DNA of 64,000 nt from Hypanus sabinus (Eukaryota), in contig NC_082718.1 in the NCBI RefSeq assembly GCF_030144855.1, forward strand, positions 89,528,001-89,592,000, in the 5' to 3' direction. Below, one piece after another: positions 25,724 to 39,537 of this stretch (the first letter of the stretch is position 1; each line of letters opens with the position of its first letter). A program made the position numbers and the translations under genes. The notes under the pieces were generated by a model. That model saw only the letters and a program-made list of their open reading frames with translations, searched no databases and was not told where the DNA came from.

Positions 25724-25867
25724 GTAGTGGGGGGGAGGGGATGAACTGGAAATATAAGGATGGAGTTAAAGGGAAAGTGAAAACAAGTTAAAAAGGACAA
25801 CTGAATCAATGGAGTACAAAGCTCAAGAAGAGATCATACAGTACGGCCAAGTGAAATAGGAATTGAT

Positions 25868-28640
25868 ATGAAAGGAGAGGGGAGTAACAAATTAAAAGTA
25901 TTATATATGAATGCACGAAGTATAAGGAATAAAGTAGATGAGCTTGAGGCTCAGTTGGAAATTGGCAAGTACAATGCTGTGGGAATAACAGAGACATGGC
26001 TTCAAGAGACCGGGGCCTGGGAAATGAATATTCAAGGATATACATCTTATCGAAAGGACAGACTAACTGGCAGAGGGGGTGGGGTGGCTCTGTTGGTGAG
26101 GAATGATATTCAGTCCCTTGCGAGGGGGGGGGGGGGACATAGAATCAGGGGATGTAGAGTCAGTGTGGATAGAACTGAGAAATTCTAAGGGTAGAAAGAC
26201 CCTAATGGGAGTTATCTACAGGCCCCCAAACAGCAGTCTGGATGTAGGGTGTAAGTTGAATGAAGAGTTAAAATTGGCATGTCGCAAAGGTAATGATACA
26301 GTTGTCATGGGGGATTTCAACATGCAGGTAGACTGGGAGAATCAGAATGGTACTGGACCCCAAGAAAGGGAGTTTGTGGAGTGCCTCCGAGATGGATTCT
26401 TAGAACAACTTGTTCTGGAGCCTACCAGGGAGAAGGCAATTCCAGGTTTAGTGTTGTACAATGAACCGGATTTGATCAGGAACCTTGAGGTAAAGGAACC
26501 ATTAGGAGGTAGTGACCGTAATATGATATGTTTTAACCTACAATTTCAGAAGGAGAAGGGAAAATCAGATGTGTCAGTATTACAGTTGAACAAAGGGAAC
26601 TATGGAGCTATGAGCCAAAGTTCAATGGAACAATACCCTAGCAGGGAAGGCAGTGGAACAACAATGGCAGGTATTTCTAGGAATAATGCAGAAGGTGCAG
26701 GATCGGTTCATTCCAAAGAGGAAGAAAGATCCTAAGGGGAGTAAGGGGTGGCCGTGGCTGACGAGGGAAGTAAAGGGCAGTATAAAAATAAAAGTATAAC
26801 ATAGCAAAGATGAGCGGGAAACAGGAGAACTGGGAAGCTTTTAAAGAGCAACAGATGATAACAAGAAAGGCAATACGTCAAGAAAAAATGAGGTCTGAAG
26901 GTAAACTAGCCAAGAATATAAAGGAGGATAGTAAAAGCTTCTTTAGGTATGTGAATAGCAAAAAAATAGTTATGACCAAAATTGGACCATTGAAGACAGA
27001 AACGGGTGAATTTATTGTGGGGAACAGGGAAATGGCAGATGAGTTGAACAGGTACTTTGGATCTGTCTTCACTAGGGAAGACACAAACAATCTCCCAGAT
27101 GTAATAGTGGCCAAAGGAACTAGGGTAAAGGATGAACTGAAGGAAATTTATATTGGGCAAGAAACGGTGTTGGATAGACTGTTGAGTCTGAAGGCTGATA
27201 AGTCCCCGGGACCTGATGGTCTGCATTCCAGGGTACTTAAAGAGGTGGCTCTAGAGATTGTGGACGCATTGGTAATCATTTTCCAATGTTCTATAGATTC
27301 AGGAACAGTTCCTGCTGATTGGAGAGTGGCTAATGTTGTCCCACTTTTCAAAAAAGGACAGAGAGAGAAAACAGGGAATTATAGACCAGTTAGCCTGATG
27401 TCAGTGGTGGGAACGATACTGGAGTCAATTATAAAAGAGGAAATTATGACACATTTGGATAGCAGTAGAAGGATCAGTCCGAGTCAGCATGGATTTATGA
27501 AGGGAAAATCATGCTTGACTAATCTTCTGGAGTTTTGAGGATGTAACTATGAAAATGGACAAGGGAGAGCCAGTGGATGTAGTGTACCTGGACTTCCAGA
27601 AAGCTTTTGATAAAGTTCCACATAGGAGATTAGTGGGCAAAATTAGGGCACATTGTACTGGGGGCAGAGTACTGACATGGATTGAAAATTGGCTGGCTGA
27701 CAGGAAACAATGAGTAGCAATTAACAGGTCCCTTTCGGAATGGCAGGCTGTGACCAGTGGGGTACCGCAAGGTTCGGTGCTGGGACTGCAGCTGCTTACA
27801 ATATACATTAATGATTTAGATGAAGGGATTAAAAGTAACATTAGCAAATTTAGTAACATTAGCTGATGACACAAAGCTGGGTGGCAGTGTGAAATGTCAG
27901 GAGGATGTTATGAGAATGCAGGGTGACTTGGACAGGTTGGGTGAGTGGGCAAATGTATGGCAGATGCAGTTTAATGTGGATAGATGTTAGCTTATCCACT
28001 TTGGTAGCAAGAACAGAAAGGTAGATTACTATCTAAATGGAGTCAAGTTAGGAAAAGGGGAAGTACAATGAGGTCTAGGTGTTCTTATATATCAGTCAAT
28101 GAAAGCAAGCATGCAGGTACAGCAGGCAGTGAAGAAAGCTAATGGCATGCTGGCCTTCATAACAAGAGGAATTGAGTATAGGAGTAAAGAGGTCCTTCTG
28201 CAGCTGTACAGGGACCTGGTGAGACCCCACCCGGAGTATTGTCTGCAGTTTTGGTCTCCAAATTTGAGGAAGGACATTCTTGCTATTAAGGGAGTGCAGC
28301 ATAGGTTCACAAGGTTAATTCCTGGAATGGCAGGACTGTCATACGTTGAAAGATTGGAGCGACTGGGCTTGTATACACTGGAATTTAGAAAGATGAGAGG
28401 GGATCTGATTGAGACATATAAGATTATTAAGGGATTGGACACGCTGGAGACAGGAAACATGTTCCCGCTGATGGGTGAGTCCAGAACTAGAGGCCACAGT
28501 TTAAGAATAAGGGGTAGGCCATTTACAACAGAGATGCAGAAAAACTTTTTCACCCAGAGAGTGGTGGATATGTGGAATGCTCTGCCCCAGAAGGCAGTGG
28601 AGGCCAAGTCTCTGGATGCATTCAAGAGAGTTAGATAGAG
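25868..28640 (+). pseudogene. CR1 ORF2 (AP endonuclease + reverse transcriptase), frameshifted with stops
   Basis: Track ORFs 25868-26188, 26103-26735, 26810-27538 and 28099-28638 are consecutive pieces. Frameshifts at the poly-G near 26130, near 26615 and near 27535; in-frame stops near 27711, 27988 and 28069; a 10 bp insertion in the FADD motif. Confidence 0.95.
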
Positions 28641-28780
28641 CTCTTATAGATAGTGGGGTCAAGGGATATGGGGAGAGGGCAGGAACGGGGTACTGATTGT
28701 GTATGATCAGCCATGATCACAGTGAATGGGCGTGCTGGCTAGAAGGGCCGAATGGCCTACTCCTGCACCTACTGTCTATT

Positions 28781-30299
28781 GAGTGTTCACCGAGATCTTT
28801 AACCTCTCGCTTCAGCAGTGTGTGGTACCCTCCTGCCTGAAGCAGGCTTCAAGTGTGCCGGTGCCCAAGAAGAGCGTGCTGATCTGCCTCAATGACTACT
28901 GTGCAGCAGCACTTACATCCACCGTGATGAAGTGCTTTGAGAGGCTGCTGTTGAAACATACCAGCTCCTGCATAAGAGACGACTATGACCCTCTCCAATT
29001 CACCTACCAGAGCAACAGATCCATGGCAGATGCCTCCTCATTGGCTCTTTGCTCAATCCTGCAACATTTGTACAGCAAAGATGCATACATTCTGGATGCT
29101 CATTATCAATTACAACTCAGCACTTAAATACCATCATCCCCTCAAAAATAATGACTAAGCTCCAAGACCTTGGCCTCAACACCTCCATGTGCATTTGGAT
29201 ATTCCACTTCCTCACTTGCAGACCACATTCAGTTTGGATCAGCAGTAACATCTCTTCCACAATCTCCATCAGCACAGGTGCACCACAGGTCTGCGTGTTT
29301 AGCCCCCTATTCTACACGCTTTACACTTGTGACTGTGTGACTGAGCACAGCTCTAATACCACATTCAGGTGTGTTGACGACACCACTGCTGTAGGCCGAA
29401 TCAAAGGTGATGATCAATCAACATACAGGAGGGAGATTGACAATTTGGCTGAGTGGTGTCATTACAACAACCTCTCACTCACTGTCAGCAAGACCAATGA
29501 ACTGATTGTAGACTTCAGGAGAGGGAAACCAGAGATCTGTGAGCCAGTCCTCATTAGAGAATCAGAGGTAGAAGGGGTTAGCAACTTTGAACTCGTAGGT
29601 GTTCCCATTTCAGAGGACCTATCCTGGGCCCAGCACATAAGCGCAATTGCGATGAAAGCACAGCGGTGCCTTACTTCCTTAGAAGTTTGCATATCGGCAT
29701 ATCATCTAAAACTTTGACAAACTTCTATAGATGTGTAGTGGAGAGTATATTGACTGGTTGCATCATATCCTGGTAAGGAAACACCAATGGCTTTGAGCAA
29801 AAAAATCTTCCAAAAAAAAAGGATTCAGCCCAGCACATCACGGGTAAAACCTTCCCCACCATTGACCACATCTACATGAAATGCTGTCGTAGGAAAGCAG
29901 CACTCATTATCAGAGATCCCCACCACCCGGGCCATGCTCTTTTTCCACCCCCCCCCCCCCCCGCTGCTATCAGGTAGAAGGTACAAGAGCCTCAAGAATC
30001 ACACCACCAGGTTCAAGAGTTACTACGCCTCAACCATCAGGCTCTCAAACAAAAGGGAATAGCTACACTTAACATTACTTGCCCCACTATTGAATTGTTG
30101 CCACAACCAATGGTCTCATTTTCAAGAACTCTATCTCATGTTCTTGTTACTTATTGTTATTTATTTATATTTATACTGTTTGTTACCTTCTGCACTCTGG
30201 TTGATTTCTCACTGATCCTGTGAAAGTTACTATTCTATAGATTTGTTGAGTGTACCCACAAGAAAATGAATCTCAAGGTTCTATAAGGTGACATATACA
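28781..30299 (+). mobile_element. Rex1/Babar-type LINE, degenerate RT region and 3' UTR
   Basis: FTEIFNLSLQQCVVPSCLK..VPVPKK..LNDY..ALTSTVMKCFERL, DPLQFTYQ, STGAPQ.CV.SPLFYTLYT.DC, VDDT, SKTNELIVDFRR. These are typical Rex1 RT motifs. Confidence 0.93.
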
Positions 30300-31807
30300 A
30301 GATCATAAGATATAGGAGCAGAAGTAGGCCATTTAGCAAATCGAGTCTTCTCAGCCATTTCATTATTGCCCATCTAATTTTCCTCTCAGCTCCAATTTTC
30401 TGCCTTCTCCCCATATCTTTTCATGCCCTGACCAATCAAGAATCTATCAACCTCTGCCTTAAATATATATAAAGACTTGTTCCCTACAGCTGCCTGTGCC
30501 AATGAATTCCACAGATTCTCCACTCTCTAGCTAAAGAAATTCCTCCTCATCTCCGTTTTAAAAGATTCCCCTTTCATCTGAGACTCTGTTCTCTGGTCTT
30601 AGACTCTCCCACCCACCATAGGTAACATCACCTCCACTCTCTCAAAGCCTTTCACCATTCAATAGTTTTCAATTAGGTCACCCCTCATTTTTCTGAATTC
30701 TAGTGAATACAGACCCAAGGTCAAACACTCCTCATACGACAAGGGGTTCAATCCTTGAATCATCTTCATGAATGCCCTTTGAACCTTCTCTAGTTCCAGC
30801 AGTCTTTCTAAGATAAGAGGCCTAAATCTGCTCATAATACTCCAAGTGAGACCTCACCAGAGCTTCAATTCCACTCTTATGCCTCCTGCCAATCAGCCAC
30901 TGCTTTTTCCATGCTAGAATCTTTCCTGTAATACCATGGGCTCATAGCTTGTTAAGCAGCCTCATGTGTGGCACCTTGTCAAAGGCCTTCTGAAAATCCA
31001 AGTGCACAACCAATATTCCTTTGTCCATCCTGCTTGTTATTACTTCAAAGAATTCCAACTGTTTTGTCTGACAGATTATCCCTTGAGGAAACCATGCTAA
31101 CTACGGCCTGTTTTTTTCGTCTGCCTCCAAGTACCCTGAGACCTCATCTTTATTAATTGACTCCAGCATCTTCCCACCCACTAAGGTCAGACTAACTGGC
31201 CTATAGTTTCCTTTCTTCTCTCTCCCTTCTTAAAAAGGGTGGAGTGACATTTGCTTTTTTTTCCAGTCTTCTGGAACCATTCCAGAATCTAGTGAATCTT
31301 GAAAGATCATTACTAATGCCTCCACGATCTCTTCAGCTGCCTCTTTCGGAACCCTGGGGTGTACACCATCTGGTCCAGGTGATTTATTCACTTTCAGACC
31401 TATCAGTTTCCCAAGAACCTTCTCTCTAGTTATGGTAACTTCACAAACTTCATGAGCCCCGACATCTGGAACTTCCACCATGCTGCTAGCGTCTTCCACA
31501 GTGAAGACTGATGCAAAATACTTATTCAGTTTGTCCACCATTTCATTGTCCCCCATTACTACCTCTCCAACATTATTTTCCAGTGGTCCAATATCCACTC
31601 GTCTCTTTTACACTTTATGTATCTTAAGAAACTTTCGGTATCCTCTTTAATATTATTAGCTAGCTTGCTTTCATGTTCCACCTTAATGACTTTTTTAATT
31701 TGTCTTCTGTTGGTTTTTAAAAGCTTCCCAATCCTCTAACTTCCCACTAATTTTAGCTCTATTATATGCCCTCTCTCTGGCTTTGATGTTGGCTTTGACT
31801 TCTCTTG
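30300..31807 (-). mobile_element. CR1 LINE fragment, 5' truncated with an internal RT deletion, inserted in the Rex1 3' tail
   Basis: ORF 31230-31598 (LNKYFASVFT..KSPGPDGVHPRV..VPEDW). CR1 3' end near 30300. Jump near 30863 skips the RT core. The Rex tail (gtgacatata / tatgtactttgataataaa..tttgaactttga) resumes near 31808. Confidence 0.9.
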
Positions 31808-33444
31808 TATGTACTTTGATAATAAAATTTACTTCGAACTTTTGAACTTTGAATAAATTTAGTCACGGCTTTGGGGATTGAGAAAGAGAAAATATTAACA
31901 CAAGGGATTCTGCAGATGCTGAAAATCCAGATTAAAACATACTAAATGTTGGCGGAACGCAACAGGTCAGGTAGCATCCATTTCCTCATTTATAAAAAAA
32001 GGACATTCATTTCCTCCGTCAGATTAATTTGCTGAAATGCTTCTCAAAAGATGAAAAGGAAGAATAAATGTCATCACAAATAGAGAGTTTTGGAATAGCA
32101 GACAGATACTTTTTCAGAATAAGAATTTACAAGTTATAGAAATGATTATTAACCAGCAGTTATTAGCTGTACTAAATAATAAATTGGGTTCTATGACAGT
32201 ACATCACAGAGCCTTTCAATCCCAAGGAAGATAGTCTGCTGATAACTTTTGCTGGATTTGAGACACTTGACTGAAGATGTCAGACAGGGGCCAGCCAGAA
32301 AGACGCCAGCAAAGCAAGCTTCTTTCAACCATGTTAATTATCTGTAACCTACAACAACAAACTTCCTGGCCCCACTGCCTGTCAGCACTGAACGATCCAA
32401 GATGGAAAGACAGATTATCATGATAAGTTGCATGTGCCCAACGGTTCTTTTTTTTTAAAAAACACACATGCACTTCTACCTTGAACAGCAACGAAAGGAA
32501 AACAGTGAGGATTAATGGGTAGAATAAACTTTCTGGGCGAAAGAAAAAGCAGAGAAATGGAATGTTAAAAGTGGCCTGATTTAAAATACACTGGAACCTC
32601 AATGTGTAACAGGAGACTGGTGGCAAACAAAAATGAAACAGCTGCTTAGCTCCAGACTGCAATAAAAGTCTCGGCTCCTAACTACCTCTCATGCAAACAA
32701 TATATTGGGATTTCAAGAATAATTTTCAATAGATCACAAATGTGCTTTTAACCAGATTGCATATTGATTGGACTGGGTCTCTTCCTAATAAGTTTGTATC
32801 TTTGACTGACATGTATTGGAAAAACAGCACGATTTTTAGAAGTGCATTCTAAACCTGCTGGAGTAACATTTTTTTTAATAAATACGAAATGGATGCAGAC
32901 CGGGTAAACCCACATTAACATGGGGGCTCTGTGGGATCTGACATGAACTGGCGTATTCTTTGGGCTCACCAGCTCATGCGCTGGCATCAGCCCATTTTGC
33001 AGAATCGACTTTATTTGGATTAAGTGCAGCAGTTTCAAACAGGCCCTCAAAGAGGCCCCTAATAAAAAGGACCAGGTATAAACCCAAAAGGAAAAGCCCA
33101 ATTAAAAATTTAAATAGCTGCATTTAATAAGGATTCTTAAGCATTTTATGTATCTCAAGATCTTTGCAAATACCGACTGGGGAATATAAAAAGATAGAGT
33201 GAAGAAATGTGGAGTTTGGATACCTGGTCTTTGTGCTAGGGACGGACGGAGTTGTGAGAAAACAGGTGGCTTCAAGGAAGAACTAAGGAATTCCTATGGC
33301 ACTGGAGGAGGCCTTCCAGCCCACTGACTCTATGCCAGCTCTTTACAGAGCAATCCAATCAGTACCAATTGCCTTCTCTTTGCTCACGGTCCTGCCATTT
33401 TATAAAAAATTTTTTTTATTCATGGTAACGTAGTTGGGGTGACC

Positions 33445-33670
33445 CGGCAACACAGTTGTCAGCACAACGCGTTACAGTGCGGGCGTTGCCTGCAAGGAGT
33501 TTGTACGTTCTCCCCGTGACTGCGTGGGTTTCCCCTGGTTCTCCCTACACTCCAAAGACAGTTCATATCAGTAGGTTAATTGGTCATTGTAAATTACCCA
33601 GCGATTAGGATGGGTGATGTGGCTCGAAGGTCTGAAAGGGCCTCGTCTGCACTGAATCTCAATAAACAAA
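33445..33670 (+). mobile_element. V-SINE (HE1-like)
   Basis: ggagtttgtacgttctccccgtgactgcgtgggtttcc..tccaaagac..taggttaattggtcattgtaaatt. Confidence 0.85.
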
Positions 33671-34584
33671 TCAATCCATTCTCATTGGAGAGCAACAACT
33701 AGATCAGCATCAAGCACATCCTCAGTCACTACCATCATTTCAAATTATAACTACAGATTGTATTTAAAAAGTTTTCTTCATAACACTTCTGCATCTCCTG
33801 AATTGTGTTTTCATTTCATCTTGGCTCACCCCCCCCCCCCCCCCCAGTTAAATGGGAACACTCCAAACCAGTTAAGGTTGAGTGCATCTCCTCGGTCCAG
33901 CCTCCCTCAGACTGTCAATGGAAAACAGCAAATCCACTCAACAGTAGCATGAACGAGTGGGGCACTGGCCAGCCCTACAGCACTCTGTACAACTGACAGC
34001 CAGCTCTACATTAAAAAAGCATAAGTAAAGCAGGTCTCCCACAGGGCAACCTCTTCAAATAATCTTAGGCATGTTCCAAAAAAAGACTGCCAAAACACTT
34101 GGCTCAAAACAACAAAATATAGCAATTATGTGCAGACATGGGAAAATAAAAGGCCAACAAGTAAACTCTCAGAAGGCTGGGACTACAAAGTAAAAACAAG
34201 ACATAACTGTTTTGATGCAATCCCACATATTACAGTGCCCACCAGCTTGAATTTCCATTTTATATTGCTGCCATTTCCAAGAACCGCAGATCCACTGACT
34301 GAAATGAGACCCTGACGACAGTGGAGAAGTGGGCGAGCGAAGTTGGTGGACGGTTGGCAATTCTACGTTTAAGCAACATCCAAAGACATTTCTAATTGGC
34401 AAAACCATTTTTGTTGCCCGCTTAATCAGGCAAAAGAGCAAACTGAACATTGGTTCACGAATCACGAATTCCCTGCGGACACTTAGAAATTTTACATGCA
34501 ATGGGGGTCTACTAAGAACAAAAGTTGAAGAGGATACATGGAGACCCCAGAAGCAACTGAATCGAAGACTATTAAAGATCACGT

Positions 34585-34790
34585 TGCTGCTTCTGGCTTC
34601 TTCCCCTGTCCTCTCCAGAACTGATGTAGGGTCTCGTTCTGAAACATCAACTTTTTATTCCTCTCCAGTGAGCTGTCTGACCTTGAATTTGCTCTCCATA
34701 GATGCGGCCTATTTTTGAACTTGAACTTTGAGCTCTGCGTAGATGCTACCTGACCTGTCAAGATCCTCCAGCATTTTCTGTGTGTCATAG
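34585..34790 (+). mobile_element. Penelope pseudo-LTR fragment
   Basis: ctgatgtagggtctcgttctgaaacatcaac..gatgctacctgacctg..ctccagcattttctgtgtg. Confidence 0.75.
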
Positions 34791-35884
34791 TGGTTGTCGC
34801 TGAATTTTCCCTAGAGGCATAATGTGGTGAAGATCACAGCTACCGTTGACATTCATGATTCTACCCAGTAGGTCTACCAGTAGACCAAATCACAATGTGG
34901 ACTAGGATCAAACTCCAGAACTTTCCCTCATCATCATGTTGCACCTTTCCTCAATTAGCTTTCTGCTGCAGTGGAGCCACATTGCAGAACAAATGGGTAA
35001 ACTGTTGAACCACCACCTCCACTGAGGAACCAAACAAGGCAACTCCGCTTCCATAACCAAGCAGCAGTACACAGACAAGATGTGCACGCTTCGTTCCAAG
35101 TCATCACTGGATGTGATTCAAGGCACAGCTCTTTGCCACTCAGATGAGGCTGGCGATGACTTCCCATTAACAACAATCGGGGAAACCCGCCTGTGGTCAT
35201 TTTGATGCATCTCCTTTACCAAGGACGGGCCCTGGTACGACCTTCACTTTTCTGCTGTGGGAGACCAGGCTCTGAAAACAAACACACACACACACTTCCT
35301 CAGAGCCCAAATTTACCCTGGAGAAGGATAGAGGAATCAAAACCCTATAAATAGTTGCAAAGTCCCACCAGAAGCAGCTGTTATGCTCCACTGACTTGTT
35401 TTGCCACACAGACTTGGCATGCCCTGATTGGAATGCTTCGCCCAATTTGTACTAAGTAAGCTTTTGCAAGGAGAAGCACCAATGTTAGTGCCCCTGTTCC
35501 AGCACCTCTGCATACAAGGGTTGTGCTGCTACGTCCACATTCAGATGAAGAACAGCAGCCTTAGACCTCTACTGAATTGTGCACACTCGTGCCAAGTGGT
35601 GGGAGTGGGAGAGAAAATGAGGACATAAGTGAACTCATTCAATAAAATTCTCTTCAATTTAGCATTATTTAATCTAGTTGTCAATGGCGAGAGAGCTTGC
35701 TGCTCTAAGATGCAGCAATTAACAAAAAGCACATTCCAGCATTGTGTTCTTTGTGCAAATGGATAATCAACCATTCCCTCCACTCGCATCCATTCCAGCT
35801 GCTTTACTAATTATCGACCCGCACTGCTTTCGAGATCCTTTTGGTGCTTCAGAGGCAAGTTCCAAGAGCACATGAGAATGTTCA

Positions 35885-36192
35885 CCAGGCAATTGTCTCT
35901 CAAACACAGCTCTTTTGCGTGGCCATCTGATTTCTGAATGGACATTGAAACCATGAACACTACCTCACTACGTTTTTTTTAAATTATGTTTTTGTATTAC
36001 TTAAATTATTTGTTTATACATACATGTGTGTGAATATATTAAATGTGAATATGTTAATGAATACACACATCCATACACTTACTATGATTCACAGTTTTTA
36101 TATCCTGCATTGTTAAGTATTGCATTGTACTGCTGCCGCAAAGTTAACAAGTTCCACGATAAATGCCAGCGATATTAAACCTGATTCTGAGT
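35885..36192 (+). mobile_element. Rex1-type 3' UTR fragment
   Basis: gccatctgatttctgaatggacattgaa..tgcattgtactgctgccgcaaag..gatattaaacctgattctga. Confidence 0.75.
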
Positions 36193-36499
36193 CAGAGGAC
36201 AGGGCAGTGCATGTGTGAACCGAATGAAAGCAAAAGGCACTTCTGAGGTGGGAGGGGTAGAGGGCTTAAAATAAAATACTGAAATGCCAACAAAAGAGAA
36301 CTTGGTTAATGCCCTGGATTAATCTTGAAAAGAAAAGCCAGTCGCTCACGTAATCTGCATCAGTACATCATGATCATCTTGAAGTTGCTCAATCAAAAGT
36401 AGGAAGTTTGAAATCACTGTATTCTAATTAGCAGCATAAAATTTTCCCAAATCCTTTATGCACAAAACACAGCTGGGTTTTGTGAAATGCTGGAGGCTG

Positions 36500-36625
36500 C
36501 TAAAGCAACACACACAAAATGCTGGAGGAACTCAAAGGGTCAGGCAGCATCCATGGAACAGAGCAAAAAGCTGACGTTTTGGGCCAAGGCCCGTCGTCGG
36601 GACTGAGAGGGGAGGGGAGAAGATG
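36500..36625 (-). mobile_element. Penelope pseudo-LTR fragment
   Basis: acacacaaaatgctggaggaactca..gacgttttgggccaaggcccgtcgtcgggact. Confidence 0.8.
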
Positions 36626-36631
36626 ATTGAC

Positions 36632-37166
36632 GAAGTTCCGTCTAATTTGTATGCACAAAAATCTTGTGCTGTGCAATTTTTGGCCCAGTGACATGAGGGC
36701 AGTGGATTTTTTTAAGTGGAAGTAAACCTGAAGCTATTCCATGAATAATAAACTACCCAACATGTTGTTCATTGAAGAAATAAAATTATACACTTCAATG
36801 AATCTTATTTCTCATATACTATACAGCCGTGGAACAGTTTCTACTCTTTCTTTGGGCCATTCTGCTTTCAATGAACCAGCTCTTTCATGCTTCAAACCCT
36901 TTGCTTCTTTGGAAGCAGACGTAATGAGTCAATAGTATCTTCAATAAAAACAGTACAACTATACCAATTCTAAAATCCGTAGACTCCACCTTGTCAACAC
37001 CGTCTGCATCAGAAACGGGAAAGTGAAACGTGATTGGGTACGATTGTGAAATACACTTAACGAGCCATCGAGGTGGTGGGTGACAACCTTTTATGCACAG
37101 TTTGAATTCCTTTGTACATTAGTGGCAAAAGGTGTGCGCACGTGCACACTTCAGAGGGAGCATGGT
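36632..37166. mobile_element. hAT-Tip100-like non-autonomous element
   Basis: Degenerate TIRs gttccgtctaa (36635) and tcagagggagcatgg (near 37151-37165); subterminal gtgtgcgcacgtgcacac. Confidence 0.45.
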
Positions 37167-37179
37167 GCCTGAATTGAAG

Positions 37180-37400
37180 GGTGGGTGGGGGGGGGGGGGG
37201 TGAAAGAGGCTAGCTGGAAGATGATAGGTGAAGCCAGATGGGTAGGAAAGGTCAAGGATCTCTGACAGAAGAGGAGAGTGGCCAATAGGAGAAAGGGAAG
37301 GAGGATGGACTCAAGGAGAAAGTGATAGGCAGGTGAGAAGAAGTGAAAGGCCAGTAGGGAATAGAGGAAGGGATTGGGAAATTTTGCTCACTGGAAGGAA
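37180..37400 (-). mobile_element. Penelope pseudo-LTR purine-rich spacer fragment
   Basis: gataggtgaagccagatgggtaggaaagg..gaggagagtgg..ataggagaaaggg, matching 54700-54850. Confidence 0.7.
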
Positions 37401-39139
37401 AATAAAAATCAATACTCACAACAAGCTGTAAAACATCTTCTGAAACTCAGGAAACACAACATACTCAGTGCTTCGAATCTTGGCTACAGCTTCCTACTAG
37501 CATTAGAGAGACTGGCCACTTTGCTAATGACCATCAACAGAATGACCATTTCTATAAGTGGGTACACAGTGTAACATCACACACACACACAAACTCAGCA
37601 GATCAGGCAGCATCTATGGAAATGAACAGTCAATGTTTCAGACCTGGAGCACATCCTTTGTCCAGCATTAACTTTGCAAGATCAGTGATTTAGAAGCATG
37701 AACCTCTGCCAACTTTTGCCTCCCTACATATATAACCCATCGGAACTGAGATTAACTATAGTCCCTGGATGTGAGTATCTGCCTCAGTGGAAGCCAGGAT
37801 TGATGCTCGGCATCTCCAGGTCTCTGATGCCCTGTAAATAAACTCAAAATCTGGACATCCCAAGCCTTTTAAAAAAAAATCAAGATCTTAAAATCTGGCC
37901 CTTCAAAAGTTAATAAAGGTTATTTAAACACTGTTCCAATGCTTGTAACTTGTCACTTCTTCACAACAATAGAAATCAGGAACAGAAAAAAATTGCTGCT
38001 TTTTTTTACATTAACTTGGAATAGGCCAGTAAATTTAAATAGGCCAAAAAAATATATTTACCATTGTCTGAGAGCACAGTTCATTAGCCAACTACAATGG
38101 TACAGTTTTCACTCCCACCATTTAGAAAGCAGAGTGTTCTCCGGTCTCTGGAGCTCTCTAATTAATGTCTGGCTTAGCCTAATTCAATCAACAAGGCTAG
38201 GCGCCAGTTGAAACTCCCATAATAATCTTTGTGACTGCTGCAATTTACATCACAAAAAAAATTGTATTACCAAAAATATACGGCACTTCCTTTCAAATGT
38301 TTTTCATTTTTAAATCTTGCACTTTTTAAAAAAAAGAAATGCCAAATTGAAGAACAAGCTTGGGGGCGGCCGGTGGGTGGGAGGGGGGGGGCAGAAGCAG
38401 AATTCCAAATAGAAACTATAACATAGGGCCACATTCGCTAATTCTTTCTTGCATCAGAAAATATATCCACAAAGCTAGACTCCACTACAACGCAGACATG
38501 TCTACTTAATGCCTCTGCCATCAGCAGCTTCTTGCAGAGTGTACTGAAAGGACTGCAGCACACGTTTTCAAAAATTATATAATTTTATGCAATGAATTAA
38601 TACAGAAAAGAAACATTGCCTCAAAAGTCAAAACAAGAGTACTGATACTGGAAATCTAAATGTGTACCGCATTCCAGGCAGCAGCAACGGAGAGAAGAAG
38701 GGAGAATTAATGTTTCAACTGAAATAAATTCCAAAAACGTGACAGGCAACAAGTTTTCAGAAGTAGTGACAAAGGTGGATAGAAAAATGACCAGATGTAC
38801 TGATAACAGAGCCAGGCACAGAGGTGGCTAGATCTGTCCCTACCTGGTGCATTCCCCCACCCCCCCCCACAGGACCCCGCCTTCAATAAAAGTTGTTACA
38901 GATTTGATTCTGCTCTTTCAACAGACTCTTGTTTGTTGCCAAACATGAGTAATCATCTTGCAAGTACAACTGAGGCATTTAGGACATGTTAGGCACGTGA
39001 ATATGCAGGGGGTGGAGGAGACAGTTTAATTTGGCATCAGACACTCTGGGCCGAGGAATCTGTGCCTGGGCGACATTCCTCCGTGTTCTATGTACACTCC
39101 ACCCATGAACACATCAACCATTGCAATCCATCATCAAGG

Positions 39140-39450
39140 ACCCGCACTCTCTGCAGCTGATTTCCATCCTGTGTAGTGCCACCCCCCCCATACCAGTCGG
39201 TGATGCAGCCAGTTAGAATGCTCTCCACCATATGCCTGTGGAAATCTGCAAGTGTCTTTGGTGACACACCAAATTTCTATGAGCTCCTAATGAAATGGAG
39301 CTACTGCCGTGCTTTCTTTGTAACTGTATCAATACGCTGGGCCCGGGATAGATCCCTCAGGAGGTTACCAGGAACTGGAAAATGCACACTTTCCACTACT
39401 GATCCCCCAGTGAGGACTGATGTGTATGCCCATGTCTTACCCACGTCTTC
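39140..39450 (-). mobile_element. Rex1-type LINE internal fragment
   Basis: ccataccagtcggtgatgcagccagttagaatgctctccac, the reverse complement of VESILTGCIT.WYG. Confidence 0.75.
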
Positions 39451-39537
39451 TCCATTCCAATATGGACAGAGATATTTTTTAAAACGCATAGCGTGGATGC
39501 CCATCGTTTTTACGCAAAACCGGCGTTTTCAAAATTA

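Larger units (their letters stand above)
24764..28780 (+). mobile_element. CR1-clade LINE, near full length (5' UTR probably truncated), ORF2 disabled
   Basis: Esterase ORF1, then APE endonuclease (YMNARS, GITETW, YRPP, GDFN), then RT (SPGPDG, NYRPVSL, QHGF, YLDFQKAFDKVPH, GVPQGSVLG, YINDL), then a CR1 3' hairpin/tail ending ctactgtctatt. Flanks rejoin as Rex1 sequence cagctggctg-gag-tgttcacc, with a possible 3 bp TSD GAG at 24761-24763 and 28781-28783. Confidence 0.97.
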
